Source: Dehalococcoidia bacterium (GTDB lineage: Bacteria; Chloroflexota; Dehalococcoidia; Bin125). From it: DNA of 64,000 nucleotides. Positions within the stretch are counted from its first letter, which is position 1. Every line of letters begins with the position of its first letter. Under the pieces are notes generated by a model. That model was given only the letters and a program-made list of their open reading frames with translations, made no database searches and had not been told where the DNA came from. Position numbers and translations under genes: made by a program. The stretch covers positions 236,206 through 300,205 of the forward strand of contig CAXXRD010000003.1 in NCBI GenBank assembly GCA_963663895.2, read 5' to 3'. Below are positions 8,972-20,130 of the stretch, in pieces.

Positions 8972-10881
8972 TTGAGCCAAGTTGACGAGATCAAAGCCCG
9001 GGTTGACATTGTCGATCTGATCGGCGAGGGCGTCGCGCTGCGCAAGAGCGGGCGCACGTTCACAGCGCGCTGCCCGTTTCATACGGAACGGACCCCTTCC
9101 TTCGTCGTCGATCCCCAGCGTCAGAGCTGGCGTTGTTTCGGTGCATGCGCAGAGGGCGGCGACATCTTTTCCTGGGTCATGCGCCGCCAGCAGATCGATT
9201 TCCGGGAAGCGCTCCGGGTGCTGGCGGAGCGGGCCGGCGTTGCCTTGGAAGCTCCGACACGGGCCCATAGCGAGCGTGAAGAGCGCCGACGCCGCCTGAA
9301 CTCCCTGAATGATGCGGCCGCGATCTTCTACCAAAGAAAGCTCGCCGAAAGCCCGGACGCTGCAATAGCACGTAATTATGTCGATGAGCGCGGGATTGAC
9401 GAGGAAACTCAGCAGGCCTTCGGCCTGGGCTACGCAGGCGACGAGCCGGATGCGTTGCTCACCTACCTCACGGCCCGCGGTCATACACCGGATGAGCTGG
9501 TCGCAGCCGGGCTGGCCGTCGAGACGGATCACGGCGCCATCGACCGTTTCCACTCGCGGTTGCTCTTCCCCATCCGCGACGCACGCGGCCGCGCCGTGGG
9601 ATTCGGTGGGCGCACCCTCAGCAACGACAGCCCCAAGTACCTCAATACGCCGCAGACGGAGATCTTCGACAAGAGTCGTCTGCTCTACGGACTAGACCAG
9701 GCGCGCGATGTAATCCGCGAGAAGGACCGCATCGTCATCGTCGAGGGATACATGGACGTGATCGCCGCCCACCAACACGGGCAACTCAACACCGTCGCCT
9801 CGATGGGTACCTCCCTCACCGAAGCGCAGGTTAAGTTGATCAAACCGCTGACACGCAACGTCGTGCTTGCGCTCGACGCCGACGCCGCCGGCGCGGCCGC
9901 AACACTGCGCGGGATCGAAGTAGGACGCGAAGTGATGGGCCATGAATCCCTGCCTGTACCAGACCCCAGCGGGTTGGTCCGATTGCAAGACACTCTCGCA
10001 GCCGACATTCGAATCGCGGAATTGCCGGAGGGGCGCGATCCCGACGCGCTGATTCGGGTCGATCCCGACCTATGGACGGAGATCTTGGAGAACGCGCCCA
10101 CTTTCCTGGACTACCGTTTCGCCGCTGCTGTCGGCGCGCGCGACCTGGAGAACGCGCGGGCGCGCGCGGCACTCGTTGAGGAACTGGCGCCACTGGTGGC
10201 GGCGGTCGCCGAGCCCGTGGTGCGGGACGAGTACCTGCAACGGCTCGCTCGCTTGGCGCGTCTGGAAACGAACGCTCTCCGGCAGCGGCTTCGGCAGCGG
10301 CGCACGAGCGCCGCCAGGAATGCTGCGGACGCACACCGTCCCGCAGCCTCTGAACCCATGCCGCCCCGCGATCGGCAGACGGAATTCCTTCTCCAATTGC
10401 TCGTGGTTCGCCCTGAACTTGTGCCGGATGTGGCACCGGAAGCGCGCCGGTGGATCGGCGGAGGCCTCGCGCAAGAGTTGCTTGAGGCACTCGCGCAGCC
10501 GGAGGCCGATCCCGGCGCGCCGCTGCATGATGCGCTCGCCGCCTTGCGCGCGCGCGCGCGCGCGTTACCGCCTTTCTCGGACGAGGAAGCCGCGCAAGCC
10601 GCGCATCAAACCGTGCAACGGCTGCGCGCACGCCGACTGCGCGAGCAGATGCGTCCGCAGACTGAAGCGATCGCCAGCCACGAACGGACGCACGCTGCCG
10701 CAGATCTCGCGGAGTTAGCGGCACGCGGCACCACTGCGTCGCCGTCCGACCCGGATGTCGCCGCTGCCGTGCAGGCAGTGTTGGAGAACATGGAAACGGG
10801 CCGGGAGTTGCACCTGCGATCCACGCATAAGAACCACTCCGAACCGCAAGAACCGGCCCGCGCGAAGCTCAAGGAGACCGA

Positions 10882-10885
<4 letters not shown>
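8972..10885 (+). CDS. dnaG: DNA primase
   Basis: CHC2 zinc finger [11 protein letters not shown]...CFGAC, PKYLNTP, TOPRIM VEGYMDV, DADAAG, DPD; TTG start. Confidence 0.97.
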
Positions 10886-12726
<1,841 letters not shown>

Positions 12727-12821
12727 CCGCGAGAGAGCCGGCCGCGACCGGCGGGTGCAAGCGCGGGAGCAGTCCCTCGCCTCGCGCGGACGAACGAGCG
12801 CGGAGCGAACCGCATCATTCC

Positions 12822-12851
12822 TTGACCGTCACACAAAACGGTCCCTACGCT
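12822..12851 (+). promoter_or_regulatory. Candidate promoter TTGACC-N18-TACGCT with internal dyad GACCGT-N8-ACGGTC
   Basis: Read directly upstream of the FmdB-like gene. Confidence 0.4.
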
Positions 12852-12894
12852 TGGATCCGCACTGCTGCCGAGGATTCGATCGGAGCGCGAGCGC

Positions 12895-13134
12895 ATGCCG
12901 CTGTACGAATACTATTGCCGGAACTGCGCCACCAAGTTCACACAGCTCCGGCCAATCAGCGCTGCAGGCGAGCCCAGCGAGTGCGACTACGGACACCCCG
13001 CCGCGCCAGTCCTAACCGTCGGCGTCCAGGTGCAAAGCAGTGCCCAAGCGCAAGGTGCCTCCACGCCCGAACCCTTAATGAGTGGTGGCTGCGCTTGCGG
13101 ACGGGGCGGCTGCGGCTGTGGGGCACTGAACTAA
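12895..13134 (+). CDS. FmdB-family zinc-ribbon protein with Cys/Gly-rich tail
   Basis: MPLYEYYCRNC...ECDYGH...GGCACGRGGCGCG. Confidence 0.85.
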   Translation: MPLYEYYCRNCATKFTQLRPISAAGEPSECDYGHPAAPVLTVGVQVQSSAQAQGASTPEPLMSGGCACGRGGCGCGALN

Positions 13135-13886
13135 ACGGCGTCCAGCCTACCCGCTCCCAGTCCCTCATCCACGTGGGCACCCCAGCGCAACGCGCCCCAA
13201 CCCATCAATCCGACAACGACGGCCGTTCCGATAATCGCAGCGCCGATCAGCAACGTGGACTCAAAGAAAAAGTCCTGCGGAAACATCTGAATCAGCCGGT
13301 CGCGGCTGGATAGCTGCCAGAGATCATTGGTGAAGAAGAGCAGATGAAACTGCCGGAAAGCCTCGTCGAAGCCGCTAACGGCGATGATGCCCAGCACGAC
13401 GATCGCCCCCGTCACCATGGCTCCCGCCAGGCGACCAGCGGCTGCAAGAGCCCGTCCAGCCGCGCGGCCACGCCAGATGACCGTCCCGGCAACGATCACA
13501 ACGATCGCACCAAGGCTGCCCCAGCCGGCATCGTAGGTCCGATCGAAGAGCCGCTTGACGTCTCGCAAATGCAGAATCTCCCGTTCGCTCAAGAGCGGCT
13601 CAGCCGCGCCAACCGTATTCGTGACCGTGATATCGGCAAGCTCGTCATTAGAGCGGAAGTAAGCGCGGAGCTCAGCAGCGCCGCGATCGAGTTCGGCGCG
13701 GGGCAGGCCCGTACGCGCTTCGGCGTCGTGCCGATCGAAGCCACGTTCCCACCACCAGCCGGACTGGGCTGTGAACCGCACGGCCAATGAAAGCGGCAAG
13801 ATCAGCAAGGAGAGCGCGAACAGGACGACCGCCCCGCGCCACAGCCAGCGCTGCCACTGCGACGTGAATGCCATGGCCATCCTCAC
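13131..13886 (-). CDS. TIGR01906/DUF1461-family integral membrane protein
   Basis: EILHLRDVKRLF, FRQFHLLFFTNDLW, LIQMFPQDFF; four TM segments. Confidence 0.8.
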   Translation of the reverse strand: MRMAMAFTSQWQRWLWRGAVVLFALSLLILPLSLAVRFTAQSGWWWERGFDRHDAEARTGLPRAELDRGAAELRAYFRSNDELADITVTNTVGAAEPLLSEREILHLRDVKRLFDRTYDAGWGSLGAIVVIVAGTVIWRGRAAGRALAAAGRLAGAMVTGAIVVLGIIAVSGFDEAFRQFHLLFFTNDLWQLSSRDRLIQMFPQDFFFESTLLIGAAIIGTAVVVGLMGWGALRWGAHVDEGLGAGRLDAV

Positions 13887-13962
13887 GGTGCCAGTCCCGA
13901 GGCTCAGCTAGGCTGGCCACGATGTCAGATCGCTCTACCCACTGCATTGTACGGAGACCCGT

Positions 13963-15012
13963 GTGAACATCGGCGCCTCCATTGAGACGCTCGCCGTAGC
14001 CGCGGGCATCGCGCTGCGTGAAGGGCTGCAAGTGGGAGCGATATCCGCTCTAGTGCCGGATCCCTCCCATCCCGCGCTGCTCCTGATCGACGCCCCGATC
14101 GCCCCATCCCGTCTCCGTCGATATCCCCTCGATACCGAAGTGCAAGTGATCGTGGAGGAGAACGGGAGTCTGCGCACCGAGACGCTCGAAATCCAAGCGC
14201 TGCTCGCGGCAGCGAGTCTCCCCCCGCACGCCCGTGCGCTTGTCCTGCCCCGCGTGGCCCCAGAAGCGGTGCGGCACGACCTCGCGGGACTACGGAGCGT
14301 GATCGCCCGCTTGCGCGACCCGGAGAGCGGCTGTCCTTGGGACCTTGAGCAGGACCACCGCAGCTTGCGCCCCCACCTGTTGGAGGAAACCTATGAGGTG
14401 CTCCAGGCACTGGACCGCGATGACCCGCGCGCGCTCCGCGAAGAGCTCGGTGACCTCATGATGCAGGTTTTCCTGCATGCGCAGATCGCCGAAGGGGACG
14501 GGCAGTTCGATATCGACGATGTCGCGGAGGGCATCCGAGCCAAGCTGATCCGACGTCACCCGCACGTGTTCGGCGATGCCCAAGCAGCAGACGCCAGCGC
14601 GGTCGTCGAAAACTGGGACCGGCTCAAGGCGGCGGAGCGCACCGTCGGCAACGCAGAGGCGTCCGCGCTTGATGGCGTACCACAGACGCTGCCGGCCCTG
14701 GCACGTGCACAGAGTTTGGCGGGGCGCGCGGCACGCCAAGGCTTTGCGCCGAGCGACGGCCCGGCGTCCGCCCTCGCAGCGGCGGTTCCCAAAGACGCCA
14801 ACTCGTGGGGGGAGCTGCTCTTCATGCTCGCGCGGCTGGCGCAGCGGGAAGAGATTCAGCTCGAGGATGCCCTGCGCGAGGCAGCCGATCGATTCGAAGC
14901 GCGCTTTCGCGCCCTCGAGGCGGCCCTCCGCAGCGAAGGCGTCGCCCTATCCGAGCTCACCACGGCCGAACTCGCGGAGCGGTGGGCCCGCACCGCCCGC
15001 GCGCACCCCTAA
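13963..15012 (+). CDS. mazG: Nucleoside triphosphate pyrophosphohydrolase (MazG/YabN-like)
   Basis: RLRDPESGCPWDLEQ, LLEETYEV, EELGDL, KLIRRHPHVF, LPALARA; second MazG domain shortened. Confidence 0.9.
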   Translation: MNIGASIETLAVAAGIALREGLQVGAISALVPDPSHPALLLIDAPIAPSRLRRYPLDTEVQVIVEENGSLRTETLEIQALLAAASLPPHARALVLPRVAPEAVRHDLAGLRSVIARLRDPESGCPWDLEQDHRSLRPHLLEETYEVLQALDRDDPRALREELGDLMMQVFLHAQIAEGDGQFDIDDVAEGIRAKLIRRHPHVFGDAQAADASAVVENWDRLKAAERTVGNAEASALDGVPQTLPALARAQSLAGRAARQGFAPSDGPASALAAAVPKDANSWGELLFMLARLAQREEIQLEDALREAADRFEARFRALEAALRSEGVALSELTTAELAERWARTARAHP

Positions 15013-17246
15013 GAGGAAAGCACGTCCATAGGCGCCAGCGAGAGCATCAGCTTCTTGACGCCGGCTTCCTCGAAATCCACGGTCACCTCCTGATCGTCCT
15101 TGACGTCCTTGCGATCAACCACGACGCCGGGGCCGAAGGTCGCGTGATGCACGCGCGTCCCGACCGGAACGCGCGCCAACGGTTCCACATCGACGCCGTC
15201 GTATTCATCCCACGCGTGAGCGCGGCGGGCGGGAGGAGCCGTCGCAGGCGCAGTGGCCGTAGGCGTCGCCCGGCCCCGCGCATCAATAGCGTCCGCGGGG
15301 ATATCGGCCAGGTAGCGTGAGCGTGGATTATGGCCGGCGTTGCCGGCGAGCGCGCGTCGAAACGCATAGAGCAAGTACAGGCGCCGCTGCGCGCGCGTGA
15401 TACCCACGTAGCAGAGGCGCCGCTCCTCCTCCAAGGAGTCCGGATCATCGAACGCGCGGATATGTGGAAGCACGCCTTCCTCCACGCCGACGAGGAAGAC
15501 GACCGGGAACTCCAGCCCCTTCGCGGTATGGAGCGTAAGGAGGGAGACCGCGTTGGGCGAGCCGCTATCGAGATCGTCTTGGTCGGAGACCAGCGCCACG
15601 CTCTCCAGGAACGCCGGCAGCGCGCGATCGTGCGGCAGCCCATCGTATTCGCCAGCGACGGTGCCCAACTCCCGGAGATTCTCCCAGCGCTCTTCGGCGT
15701 CGTCGAACTCGTCGAAGAGGTGCTCTTGATAGCCGGTCTTCCGCAGCACGAAGTCCAACAGCTCCACGACGGTAGCCTCGCTGGCCAGCCGCCTCCCTTC
15801 CTCGATCATCTCGACGAACGCCTGCAGCGGAGGCACGGCCCGCGACACAACCTCGGGACCGTCGATCTCGCCGACGGCCGCGGCCGCTCGAAAGGCGGAG
15901 AGGTTGCGCTCGCCCCCCCACGCAACCAGCACCTCCTGGGTGCGCTTGCCGATTCCCCGGCCAGGCACGTTGACGATGCGAGCAAAGGAGACCGAGTCGC
16001 TCGGATTGTGGAGCAACCGTAGATAGGCGAGTAGATCCTTGACCTCCTTCCGCTCGTAGAAGCTGGTAGCGCCGACCAGGCGATAGGGCAGTTTCGCATC
16101 GCGGAACGCCGCCTCCAGCACGCGTGACTGGGCGTTGGTGCGGTACATGACGGCGACGTCACCCGGCTCCCACTCAGCCGCCGCCCAGTGGCGCTGCAGC
16201 TCATCGACGACGAACTGGGCTTCCTCGACCTCGTTATAGGCCTCGTGAACGACGGGTGGATCGCCGGCTTCGTTCTCGGTCCAAAGCGACTTGTGCAAAC
16301 GCTGCGCCGCCTTTTGGATCACAGCGTCGGCGACACGCAGGATCGCCTTGGTCGATCGGTAATTCTGCTCCAAGCGAACCACCTTCGCCTGCGGATGGTC
16401 GCGCTCGAAGTGCAAGATGTTGCGGATATCGGCCGCCCGCCAGGAGTAGATCGATTGGTCGGGGTCGCCGACAACGGTCAGGTTTCCGGTGCCCGCCGCC
16501 CATGCACGCGCCAACCAGTACTGCACCAGGTTGGTGTCCTGGAATTCGTCGACGAGCACGTGCCGGTAACGGTTCTGGTAGCGGTCGCGCACCTCCGGGA
16601 CCTCCTCGAATAGCTCCAGAGCGCGCAGAAGGAGATCGTCAAAGTCAAGGCCGCCGTTGACAGCCAGCCGATCCGTGTAGTGCTCGAAGACGCGGGCCAC
16701 GATCTCCTCGAAATAGCTGCCGCTGCGCCCCTGCAGGTCAGTAGGCGAGAGCCCTTCGCTCTTTGCCTTGGAGACGCCATGGAGCAAAGCGCGCGGAGCG
16801 TATCGCTTCGGATCGATGCCGAGCGCCGAAACCGCTTGCTTGACGAGCTCCAACTGGTCGGCGGTATCGAAGATGTTGAAGTTGGGATCGATCCCAAGCG
16901 TCTGACCGTCGCGGCGAAGCATGCGAGCACAGACCGCGTGAAACGTACCAAGCGTGAGGCCGTCTGCCTCGTGGCCGAGCAGCGTCTGCACGCGCTCCCG
17001 CATCTCCCGCGCCGCTTTGTTGGTGAATGTGACGGCGAGCATCTCCCAAGGAGCAACGTCGCCCTGGAGCAGGTAGGCGATGCGGTACGCGATCACGCGC
17101 GTCTTTCCGCTCCCCGGCCCCGCCAGCACAAGCAGCGGACCACCCGGAACCACGACTGCGTCAGCCTGCGCGGGGCTGAGCCCTTGGAGAAATCGCTCTG
17201 GCTGGCCGCCGGTCGAGTCGTGCGCGGCCGGAAACGCCTCAGTCAT
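15009..17246 (-). CDS. pcrA: ATP-dependent DNA helicase PcrA/UvrD
   Basis: AGPGSGKT, TFTNKAA, VDEFQDTN, VGDPDQSIY, QNYRST, YRTNAQSR, TLHTAKGLEF, EEERRLCYVGITRA, C-terminal Tudor-like domain. Confidence 0.96.
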   Translation of the reverse strand: MTEAFPAAHDSTGGQPERFLQGLSPAQADAVVVPGGPLLVLAGPGSGKTRVIAYRIAYLLQGDVAPWEMLAVTFTNKAAREMRERVQTLLGHEADGLTLGTFHAVCARMLRRDGQTLGIDPNFNIFDTADQLELVKQAVSALGIDPKRYAPRALLHGVSKAKSEGLSPTDLQGRSGSYFEEIVARVFEHYTDRLAVNGGLDFDDLLLRALELFEEVPEVRDRYQNRYRHVLVDEFQDTNLVQYWLARAWAAGTGNLTVVGDPDQSIYSWRAADIRNILHFERDHPQAKVVRLEQNYRSTKAILRVADAVIQKAAQRLHKSLWTENEAGDPPVVHEAYNEVEEAQFVVDELQRHWAAAEWEPGDVAVMYRTNAQSRVLEAAFRDAKLPYRLVGATSFYERKEVKDLLAYLRLLHNPSDSVSFARIVNVPGRGIGKRTQEVLVAWGGERNLSAFRAAAAVGEIDGPEVVSRAVPPLQAFVEMIEEGRRLASEATVVELLDFVLRKTGYQEHLFDEFDDAEERWENLRELGTVAGEYDGLPHDRALPAFLESVALVSDQDDLDSGSPNAVSLLTLHTAKGLEFPVVFLVGVEEGVLPHIRAFDDPDSLEEERRLCYVGITRAQRRLYLLYAFRRALAGNAGHNPRSRYLADIPADAIDARGRATPTATAPATAPPARRAHAWDEYDGVDVEPLARVPVGTRVHHATFGPGVVVDRKDVKDDQEVTVDFEEAGVKKLMLSLAPMDVLSS

Positions 17247-17414
17247 CACTGCCGCGGTCTCGGCGTCGCATAGCGGCGAGAGTAGCACACGTGTTCGTCT
17301 CAGCCCCGGCCAAGGACATTAGCACCGTGAGACGCTAAGGTGGGTACTGGTGGGCAACTTGGGTGCCGCGCTTCCTTCGCGTCGGCGGCGGGGTCGGTTT
17401 CGAACGAGGTGACG

Positions 17415-18179
17415 ATGCTTCTCCCAGCCATCAGTTGGCCGGGAGGCAGCCCTGAGAACACCGGCATCATCGCCGGCGTCATCGTTGGCGCGTATCTCAG
17501 CGCACTCTGGCTGGCTGCCATCCTTTGGACCATTCGGGACATCCGCGAGCGGTCGCAAGACCCGGTAACCCAGTTCATCGCCGTCTCTACCGTCATCCTA
17601 TTCAGCCTGGCGGGCTGGGTTCTGTATCTCGTCTTGCGGCCCGGCATCACGATCGCCGAAGTGTACGACCGCCAACTCGAAGAGGAAGCGCTCCTGCAGG
17701 ACCTCCAGCACCAGCTCGCCTGCCCGCAATGCGGAGTGGACGTGCAGGAGGATTTCGTCGCCTGTCCCCACTGCGCGACCGCCCTCAAGGCGCTTTGTCA
17801 TAGTTGCTCGCGGCCGCTGCCATTCACCTGGCGCATCTGCCCGTGGTGCTCGGCGGCGCGGCAGTCGGCGCCGAGCCTGACCACACCGGAGCCCGCTGCG
17901 CCACTCCCTGCACAGGCCGCGACTGCACCGGAATCCCCCGCGCCGCCTGCAGATCAGCCCACGAAGCCGGTCACAGACCCCGGCTCATCGCCGACGCAGA
18001 TCGCGACGGCTCCCATCCCACCACTAGCCGGCGGCAAAGAGCCGACTTCCTCAGCGGATCCGGACTCGCCAAGCAGCCAGCCACGCCGACGCAGAATCCT
18101 GCAGCGTCCGGAATCCGAACCGGCGGCTACGAACGGGTCTCCCCAAAAGCCACCGCTCGCGAGCCCCTGGTCACGCTAA
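17415..18179 (+). CDS. Membrane protein with double zinc ribbon and Pro-rich tail
   Basis: Two TM segments, YLVLRP..T, four CxxC pairs (CPQC, CPHC, CHSC, CPWC). Confidence 0.75.
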   Translation: MLLPAISWPGGSPENTGIIAGVIVGAYLSALWLAAILWTIRDIRERSQDPVTQFIAVSTVILFSLAGWVLYLVLRPGITIAEVYDRQLEEEALLQDLQHQLACPQCGVDVQEDFVACPHCATALKALCHSCSRPLPFTWRICPWCSAARQSAPSLTTPEPAAPLPAQAATAPESPAPPADQPTKPVTDPGSSPTQIATAPIPPLAGGKEPTSSADPDSPSSQPRRRRILQRPESEPAATNGSPQKPPLASPWSR

Positions 18180-18188
18180 AAGCTGCGC

Positions 18189-19046
18189 TCAGGTAGCGGC
18201 CGATCGGCCCAACCCCAGAAGCCGTTGCAGCGCGTCGAGATCCACATGCTGCTCAACGAGCCGGGCAGCGCGCTCGCGCTTCCGCATGCCGCCGAATATT
18301 CCCTGCCCGTAGAGAGGACCCAAGCGCTGCACGGCCTCGCTCGTGGTCAGCGCGGTGGCGATCAAAGGGACTTCGTCTTCCCTCGTGCGCTCCAGAACGT
18401 AGCGCAGGGGCTCTCGCCCACCACTCAAGATCAAGCACTCCACATCGACATCAAGCGCAGCGAGCGCGACATCGGGTCGGTCACCGCGCGTTACGATCGC
18501 TTTCGAGCCCACCGTCGCGAAGTGGACCGACCCGGGATGCGCGGTGATGGGGCCGATCTCGATCCACTCGACCGCCTCGTTGCCGGCGTCTTCGGGTGCG
18601 TCCAGTGACGCCTCCAGAGCCGCCGTCATCTGCTCCAGCGAAGGAGCGGCCAGCAACCGATCTTGGGGGAGCATGCCCACCAGCGTGACGGGCCCATCCA
18701 AGCGTGCGGCGATCGCCTGCAGGCGCGCGCGCGCCGCCGTCTCCGCTCCTTCCGGAACGGAAGTCAGGATGATCGCGGCCGCGCCGCTTTCGGCCGCAGC
18801 GCGCTCCAAGGTGGCATCATCTGCCTGGCCCTGGCGGACTACGAGAACCACCACATCAGCTCCAGACGCGGCGGTCGCGGGATCGTCGTGCTCACGGATC
18901 ACGACATCGGCAACTGAAGGAGCCGAGTCGTCGCCGGACGTGAGTTGGACACGAGAGCCACGAGAGGCCAGGGCGTCCGTAAGCCCTGCGGCAACGGTCG
19001 ACTTTCCATCGCCCGCCAGCGCTGATGTAACCACCAGGGTAAGCAC
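18189..19046 (-). CDS. DRTGG-domain protein with BioD/Pta-N-like P-loop
   Basis: GDGKSTVAAGL; KAIVTRGDRPDVALAAL..CLILSGG. Confidence 0.8.
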   Translation of the reverse strand: MLTLVVTSALAGDGKSTVAAGLTDALASRGSRVQLTSGDDSAPSVADVVIREHDDPATAASGADVVVLVVRQGQADDATLERAAAESGAAAIILTSVPEGAETAARARLQAIAARLDGPVTLVGMLPQDRLLAAPSLEQMTAALEASLDAPEDAGNEAVEWIEIGPITAHPGSVHFATVGSKAIVTRGDRPDVALAALDVDVECLILSGGREPLRYVLERTREDEVPLIATALTTSEAVQRLGPLYGQGIFGGMRKRERAARLVEQHVDLDALQRLLGLGRSAAT

Positions 19047-19131
19047 GAGCGCATACTACCTGTCCTGCGCCGTTCACAGCAGGGGCTGCGGCGCGGGGCG
19101 GCCGCTGTAGTACGCTGCGCAAGCCGCCGAC

Positions 19132-19207
19132 GCCGAGGTAGCTCAGTCGGTAGAGCACACGGCTGAAAACCGTGGGGTCGGCAGTTCGATTCTGCCCCTC
19201 GGCACCA
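19132..19207 (+). tRNA. tRNA-Phe(GAA)
   Basis: 76-nt cloverleaf; anticodon arm CACGG-CTGAAAA-CCGTG; TTCGATT T-loop; encoded CCA. Confidence 0.97.
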
Positions 19208-19265
19208 CATTCCTCCTTAAGAACAACGAGGTGGGAGCCCGTCTGCCGTACGAGAGGCGGCCGGT

Positions 19266-20111
19266 CTAAGCGAGCGCCTCGTAGGCGGCCGCCAGTGCAT
19301 CCGCGACGGGCGAGCTTTCGGAAAGCGGCTTCCCATCAATGCGCCGCAGCGAACGCACGCCGACTAGGCTCGAAGTGAGGAACACTTCGCTCGCACGATC
19401 GAGATCGGCGGAGTGAAGCGGACGTTCGTCGCCCGGCCGACCTTCCTCGCTCAATCGCTGGAGCACGAAAGCGCGGGTGACGCCCGGCAGCACGCCACGG
19501 TCCAGCGGCGGCGTGACGACACGGCCGTCTACCACGGCGAAGAAGTTGGCGAAGTCCGCCTCGGCCAGATCGCCGTCGATCGTGCGGAGGATCGCGACAT
19601 CGGCCCCAGCCGCCCACGCAGCGTGGCGAGCGAAGACCCAGCGCAGAGCAGAAGTGGTCTTGTGCGACGCGACCGGGTCGAGCGGGTCGATACGGGGCGC
19701 TTCGATGACCGCCGCGCTCTCCGCGAACACCGCCGCCGGGTCGTAAGGATCGAGCTGAGCGAAGAGCGACGCTTTCTGGGTCGTCGGAGGCGCAAGGCCG
19801 CGGGGACCGGGACCGCGCGTGAGCGTGACACGGAAGGTCATGAGGGGGGTGGAACCGGGCTCCTCCGCCGAAGCGAACAAGTCCTCCAAAGCCCTCCCCA
19901 GACGATCTTCAAGGGCTGGAATCGGCGGGAAGGAGAGTGCGGCGGCGCTGCGCCGCAGGCGATCGAGGTGATCCGATAAGAGGATGGGAGACCCGCGCCG
20001 CACGAGGACGGTCTCGAAGAGGCCGTCACCCAGCAGCAGGCCCCGATCGCGGGAGAGCGGCGGCGCCTCATCGTAGAGAGTGCCGTTGAGCCACAAGGCG
20101 CCGCCGGTCAC
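19266..20111 (-). CDS. pabC: Class IV aminotransferase, probable aminodeoxychorismate lyase
   Basis: DRGLLLGDGLFET, HLDRLRRSA, HKTTS, LPGVTR, EVFLTSS; directly downstream of pabB; GTG start 20111. Confidence 0.75.
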   Translation of the reverse strand: MTGGALWLNGTLYDEAPPLSRDRGLLLGDGLFETVLVRRGSPILLSDHLDRLRRSAAALSFPPIPALEDRLGRALEDLFASAEEPGSTPLMTFRVTLTRGPGPRGLAPPTTQKASLFAQLDPYDPAAVFAESAAVIEAPRIDPLDPVASHKTTSALRWVFARHAAWAAGADVAILRTIDGDLAEADFANFFAVVDGRVVTPPLDRGVLPGVTRAFVLQRLSEEGRPGDERPLHSADLDRASEVFLTSSLVGVRSLRRIDGKPLSESSPVADALAAAYEALA

Positions 20112-20130
20112 ACGAATACCCTCGGCGAGG

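Noticed and set aside
10546-10564. 19-nt alternating GC tract in dnaG
   Set aside because: In frame (RARARA) in an essential gene; expected in GC-rich DNA, no evidence of phase variation
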